A stretch of DNA of 60,000 nt from Felis catus (Eukaryota), in the NCBI RefSeq assembly GCF_018350175.1, contig NC_058369.1:4962001-5022000 (forward strand), read 5' to 3'. The position numbers and the translations under genes are program-made. The notes beneath the pieces were generated by a model, which made no database searches, was not told the origin of the DNA, and worked only from the letters and a program-made list of their open reading frames with translations. Positions 54,460 to 60,000 of the stretch are shown piece after piece (within the stretch, counting starts at the first letter, position 1; every line of letters begins with the position of its first letter).

Positions 54460-57400
54460 TCTCTGGATTAACTTTATAGTTAATAAACTTTATAGTTTAT
54501 TTGATTTTCTTCCTGACCTTTTTTAATGCCCCTTTCATTTTTCTCTTTGTATGGGAATCAGGCTCCTCTCACCTTTCCTTTTTCCAGGGTTCCTTCAGTG
54601 AACAAATGAAAACATACCTGGTGGAAGGTCCAAACCATCACCAGTATGAGCAGTTGGATAGAACAGCCAAATATGCAACAGAGTGCATGATCACACTCCA
54701 CAAACACTTCTGGAAGTCCCAGGACCTGGGCAGTGTATGACCTATTCTTAATATAGTAGGACTCACAGGTGCAGGACACATAACAAGCTATTAAAATGTG
54801 TAAAAACCAGAAACCTAGCCAAAATGATGAAATGGAAGAATTCTCCTCAAAAGAAATTCCAGGATGAAATGACAGCCAGAGAACTTCTCAAAATAGATCT
54901 AAACAATATATCTGAACAATAATTTAGAAAAAACATCATAAGACTGATAGCTGGGCTTGAAAAAAGTATAGAAGACAGCAAAGAATCTATTGCTGAAGAG
55001 ATCAAAGACCTATGAAATAATCAAGAAGAATTAAGAAATGTTGTAAATGAGATGCAAAATAACCCAGCTGCAGTGACAGCAAGGATGGAAGAAGTCGAAG
55101 AGAGAATAAGTGAAATGGAAGACAAAATTATGGAAAATGATGAAGCTGAAAAAAAGGAGGGCAAGGAAATTACTAGACCATAAGGGGAGATTTAGAGACC
55201 TAAGTGATTCTGTGAAATGAAATAATAACCGTATCATAGGAGTTCTGGAAGAAGAAGAGAGAAGGAAAGGGGCAGAAGGTTTATGTGAACAAATTATAGC
55301 TGAGAACTTCCCTCATCTGGGGAAGGAAACATGCATCCAACTGCTAGAGGCACAAAGAACTCCCTTCAAAATCAACAAAAAATGACATAATCATAGTGAA
55401 ACTGCAAAATACAAAGATAAAGAGAGAATTATGAAAGCAGCTAGGGAAAAACGGGCCTTAACCTACATGGGTAGACACATAAGGGTAGTAGCAGACCCGT
55501 CCACTGAAACTTGGCAGGCCAGAAGCGAGTGGCAGGAAACATTCAATGTGCTGAAGAGCAAAACTAGGCAGCCAAGAATCCTTCATCCAGGAAGGCTGCC
55601 ATTCAGAATAGAAGGAGAGGTAAAGGCTTTCCCAGACAAACAAAAACTGAAGGAGTTTGTGACCACTAAACCAGCCCTGCAGGAGAGCGTAAGGGGGACT
55701 CTGTGAGTGGAAAGCAGCAATGACTACAAGGGACCAGAGACATCACCATAAGCACAAAACCTGCAGATAACACAATGGCAGTAAATCCATACCTTTCAAT
55801 AATCACTCTGAATGTAAATGACTAAATGCCTCAACCAAAAGACATAGGGTATCAGAATGGACAAAAAAACAAGATCCATCTATATGTTGCCTACAAGAAA
55901 CTCATTTTAGACCTGAGAACACCTGCAGATTGAGAGTGAGGGGATGGAGAACCATCTATCATGCTATTGGACATCAAAAGATAGCTGGAGTAGCCATATT
56001 TATACCAGACAAACTAGATTTTAATACAAAATCTATAACAAGAGATGAAGAAGGGCATTATATCATAATTGAGAGGCGTATCCATCAAGAAGAGTTAATA
56101 ATTATAAATGTTTAAGCCCCCAGTGTGTAGCACCCAAATACATAAATCAATCACAAACATAAATGAATGTATACACAATAATACTGTGATTTTAGGGTAC
56201 CTTATTACTCCATTTACCGCAATGGACAGATCATATAATCAGAAAATAAGAAAACAATGGCTCAGAATGACAGACGGACTTAACAGATGTATTCAGAAGT
56301 TTTCATCCAAAAGTAGCAGAATACACATTCTTCTTGAGGGCACATGGAACTTTCTCCAGAAGAGATCACTTACTGGGACACAAATCAGACTTCAACGAGT
56401 ATAAAGAGATTGAAATCATACCATGCATATTTTCAGATCACAATGCTATGAAACTTGAAATCAACCACAAGAAAATTTTGGAAAACCCCCAAATACATGG
56501 AGGTTAAATAAAACCCTACTAAAGAATGAATGGGTAATTCAGGAAATTAAAGGAGGAATTTAAAAATGTATGGAAGGGAATGAAAATGAAAACATGAAAG
56601 TCAAAACCCTCTGAGGTGCAGCAAAGGTAGTTCTAAGAGGACAATACATTGGATTTCAGGCCTTTCTCAAGAAGCAAGAAAGATTCCAAATACAGAATCT
56701 ACCCTCACAACCAAAGGAACTAGAAAGACAGCAGCAAAAAGAAAAAGAAAAAACAAAAACAAAAAAAAAACAAGCCCAAAGCCAGAAGAAGAGAATTAAT
56801 AAGGATTAGAGCAGAAATAAACAATATAGAATCCAAAAAACAGAACAGATAAATGAATCTAAGAGCTGGTATTTTGAAAGAATAAACAAAATTGATAACC
56901 TCCTAGCCAGATTTCTCAAAGAGAAAATCTGGTTGGGAACAGATAAAATCACAAATGAAAGAGGAGAGATCACAGCAAACACCGCTGAAATACAAAAATT
57001 ATTTGAGAATAAAATGAAAAATTATATGCCAACAAACTGGACAACCTGTAAGAAATGGACAAATTCCTAGACACCCATGCACTACGTAAACTCCAAAGGG
57101 AAGAAATAGAAAATTTGAACGGACCCATAACCAGTGAAGAAATTGAATCAGTTATCAAAAATCTCCCAACAAATAAGAGTCCTGGGCCAGATGACTTCCC
57201 AGGAGAATTCTACCAGACATTTAAAGCAGAGTTAATACCTATCATTCACACGCTGCTCCAAAAAGATAGAAATGGAAGGAAAGCTTCCACGCTCACTCTT
57301 TTTTTTTTTTTAATTTTTTTAACGTTTATTTATTTTTGACACAGAGAGAGACAGAGCATGAATGGGGGAGGGTCAGAGAGAGAGGGAGACACAGAATCCG

Positions 57401-60000
57401 AAGCAGGCTCCAGGCTCTGAGCCATCAGCCCAGAGCCCGACGCAGGGCTCGAACTCACAGACCGTGAGATCGTGACCTGAGCTGAAGTCGGACGCTTAAC
57501 CGACTGAGCCACCCAGGCGCCCCACACACTCATTCTTTGACGCCAGCATTACCTTGATCACAAACCAAAGACCCCACTAAAAAGGAGACTTACAGGCCAA
57601 TATACCTGATGAAAATGGATGTAAAAATTCTCAACAAGATATTAGCAAATCGAATTCAACAGTATATTAAAAGAATTCCTCAACATGATCAAGTGGGATT
57701 CATTCCTGGACTGCAGGGCTGGTTCAATATTTGCAAATCAATCAACATGATACATCACATTAATAGAAGAACGGATAAAAACCATAGGATCCTGTCAATA
57801 GATGCAGAAAAAGCATTTGACAAAAACAGCATCCTTTCTTTAAAAAACCCTCAAGAAAGTCAGGATAGAAGGGACATGCCTTAACATCATCAAAGCCATA
57901 TATGAAAGTCCACAACTAATATCATCATCAATGGGGAAAAACCGAGAGCTTTGCCACTGAGATCAGGAACATGACAGGGTTGTCCCCTTTTACCACTGGT
58001 GTCACTGGAAGTACTAACCTCAGCAATCAGACAACAAAACAAAATAAAAGGCACCAAAATTGAGAGAAGTGTCAAACTTTCACTCTTCACAGATGAAAGG
58101 ATACTCTACTTGGAAACCCAAAAGACTCCACCAAAAACTGCTGGAACTGATCCATGAATTCAACAAGGTCGCAGGATACAAAATCATTGTACAGAAGTCG
58201 GTTGCATTTCTAGACACAAATAATGAAGAAACAGAAAGCTATATCAAGTAATCAATCCCATTTACAAGTGCACCAAGAACCACCAAATACCTAGGAATAA
58301 ACCTAACCAAAGAGGTAAAAGATCTGTACATTGAAAACTATAGAAAGTTTATGAAAGAAACAGAAAAGGACACAAAGAAATGGAAAAACATTCCATGCTC
58401 ATGGATTGGAAGGATAAGTATTGTTAAAATGTCGATACTACCCAAAGTGATCTACACATTCACTGCAATCCCAATGAAAACAGCACCAGCATTCTTCACA
58501 GAGCTAGAACAAACAATCCTAAGATTTTTATGAAACCACAAAAGACCCCAGATAGCCAAAGTAATGTTGAAAAGAAAACCAAAGCTGGAGGCATCACAAT
58601 CCCAGACTTTAGTCTGTATTACAAAGCTGTAATCATCAAGACAGTATGGTATTGGCACAAAAACACATACACCAATGGAACAGAATAGAGAGCCCAGAAG
58701 TGCACCCACAAGTATATGGCCAACTAATATTTGACAACAGGAAAGAGTAGCCAATGGAAAACAGACAGTCTCTTTAGTAAATGGTACTGGGAGAACTGGA
58801 CAGCAACATGCAGAAGAATGAACCTGGACCACTTTCTTACACCATACACAAAAATAAATTGAAAATGGATGAAAGGCCTAAGTGTGAGACAGGAAACCAT
58901 CAAGATCCTAGAGGAGAAAACTGGCAGCAACCTCTTTGACCTCGGCCGCAGCAACTTCTTACTTGATGTGTCTCTGAAGGCAAGGGAAATAAAAGCAAAA
59001 GCAGACCATTTGGGACCTCATCAAGGTAAAAAGTTTCTGCACAGCACAGGAAACAATCAACAAAACTAAAAGGTAACCGATGGAATGGGAGAAGATATTT
59101 GCAAATGGCATAACGGATAAAGGGTTAGTTAGTATACAAAATCTATAAACAACTTACCAAACTCAACACCCAGAAAACAAATAATCCAGTGAAGAAATGG
59201 GCAGAAAACATGAATAGACACTTTTCCAAAGAAGACATCCAGATGGTAAACAGACACATGACAAGATGCTCGACATCACTCATCATCAGGGAAATACAAA
59301 CCAAAAAAACATTGAGATACCCCCTCACACAGGTCAGAGTGGCTAAAAGTAACAACTCAGGAAACAACAGATGTTGGTGAGGATGTGGAGAAAGAGGAAC
59401 CCTCTTGCACTGTTGGTGGAAATACAAACTGGTGTAGCCGCTCTGGAAAACAGTGTGGAGGTCCCTCAAAAAATCAAAATTAGATTTACCCTATGGCCCA
59501 GCAATAGCACTACTAGAAATTTATCCTAAAGGGCACACGGGTGCTGATTCGTAGGGGCACATGTACTCCAGTGGTTATAGTAGCATTTCAACAATAGCCA
59601 AATTATGGAAAGAGCTCAAATGTCCATCAACTGATGAATGGCTATATATACAGAGAATGGAATACTACTTGGTGATGAAAAAGAAGGATATCTGACCATT
59701 TGCAACAACATGGATGGATCTGGAGGGTATTATGCTAAGTGAAATAAGTCAGTCAGAGAAAGGCAGATACCGTATTTTTTCACTCATATGTGGAATTTGA
59801 GAAACTTAACAGAAGACCATAGTGGGGGGGAAGGAAAAATTAGATACAAAGAGAGAGGGAGACAAACCATAAGAGACTCTTAAACACAGAGAACAGACTG
59901 ACGGTTGATGGGAATAGGATATGGGGGAGTGGGGAAAATGGGTGATGGGCATTGAGGAGGACACTTGGGATGAGCACTGGGGTTGTATGTAAGTGATGAA
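54460..60000 (+). mobile_element. Inactivated LINE-1 lacking most of its 5'UTR, in intron 17 of copy B (runs off the window)
   Basis: Collinear with 7480-13220; ORF1/ORF2 remnants including [19 protein letters not shown] and [10 protein letters not shown]. Confidence 0.92.
57298..57523 (-). mobile_element. Reverse CAN-SINE in copy B L1 ORF2
   Basis: Flanked by cacgctcactcttt / cacactcattcttt; absent from the copy A L1. Confidence 0.9.

Overview
Mammalian genomic DNA, almost certainly feliform/felid given the dense SINEC_Fc-type CAN-SINEs and carnivore L1s. The window holds two head-to-tail copies of complement C3 on the minus strand, about 49.1-49.3 kb apart. Copy B (right) is visible from exon 18 to exon 41 (54372->32679) with an intact frame, the GCGEQ thioester, the catalytic His and a poly(A) signal. 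Copy A starts 7.1 kb further on with an intact C3-type promoter and is visible from exon 1 to exon 19 (25566->4839). Copy A has no stops or frameshifts, yet both maturation sites are altered: the beta/alpha linker RRRR reads WRRR, and the convertase site/C3a C-terminus LGLAR|S reads LGLTQ|S after a 5-aa deletion. It therefore looks like a functionally diverged C3 paralog that convertase may not activate. Other notable points are a 49-bp repeat that quadruplicates the exon-36 splice acceptor of copy B (each extra acceptor gives a stop after 8 codons), patchy gene-conversion-like identity between the copies, and L1/SINE events that order the history. Exon numbers and comparisons follow human C3 as recalled; identities are by eye, and repeat boundaries are approximate.
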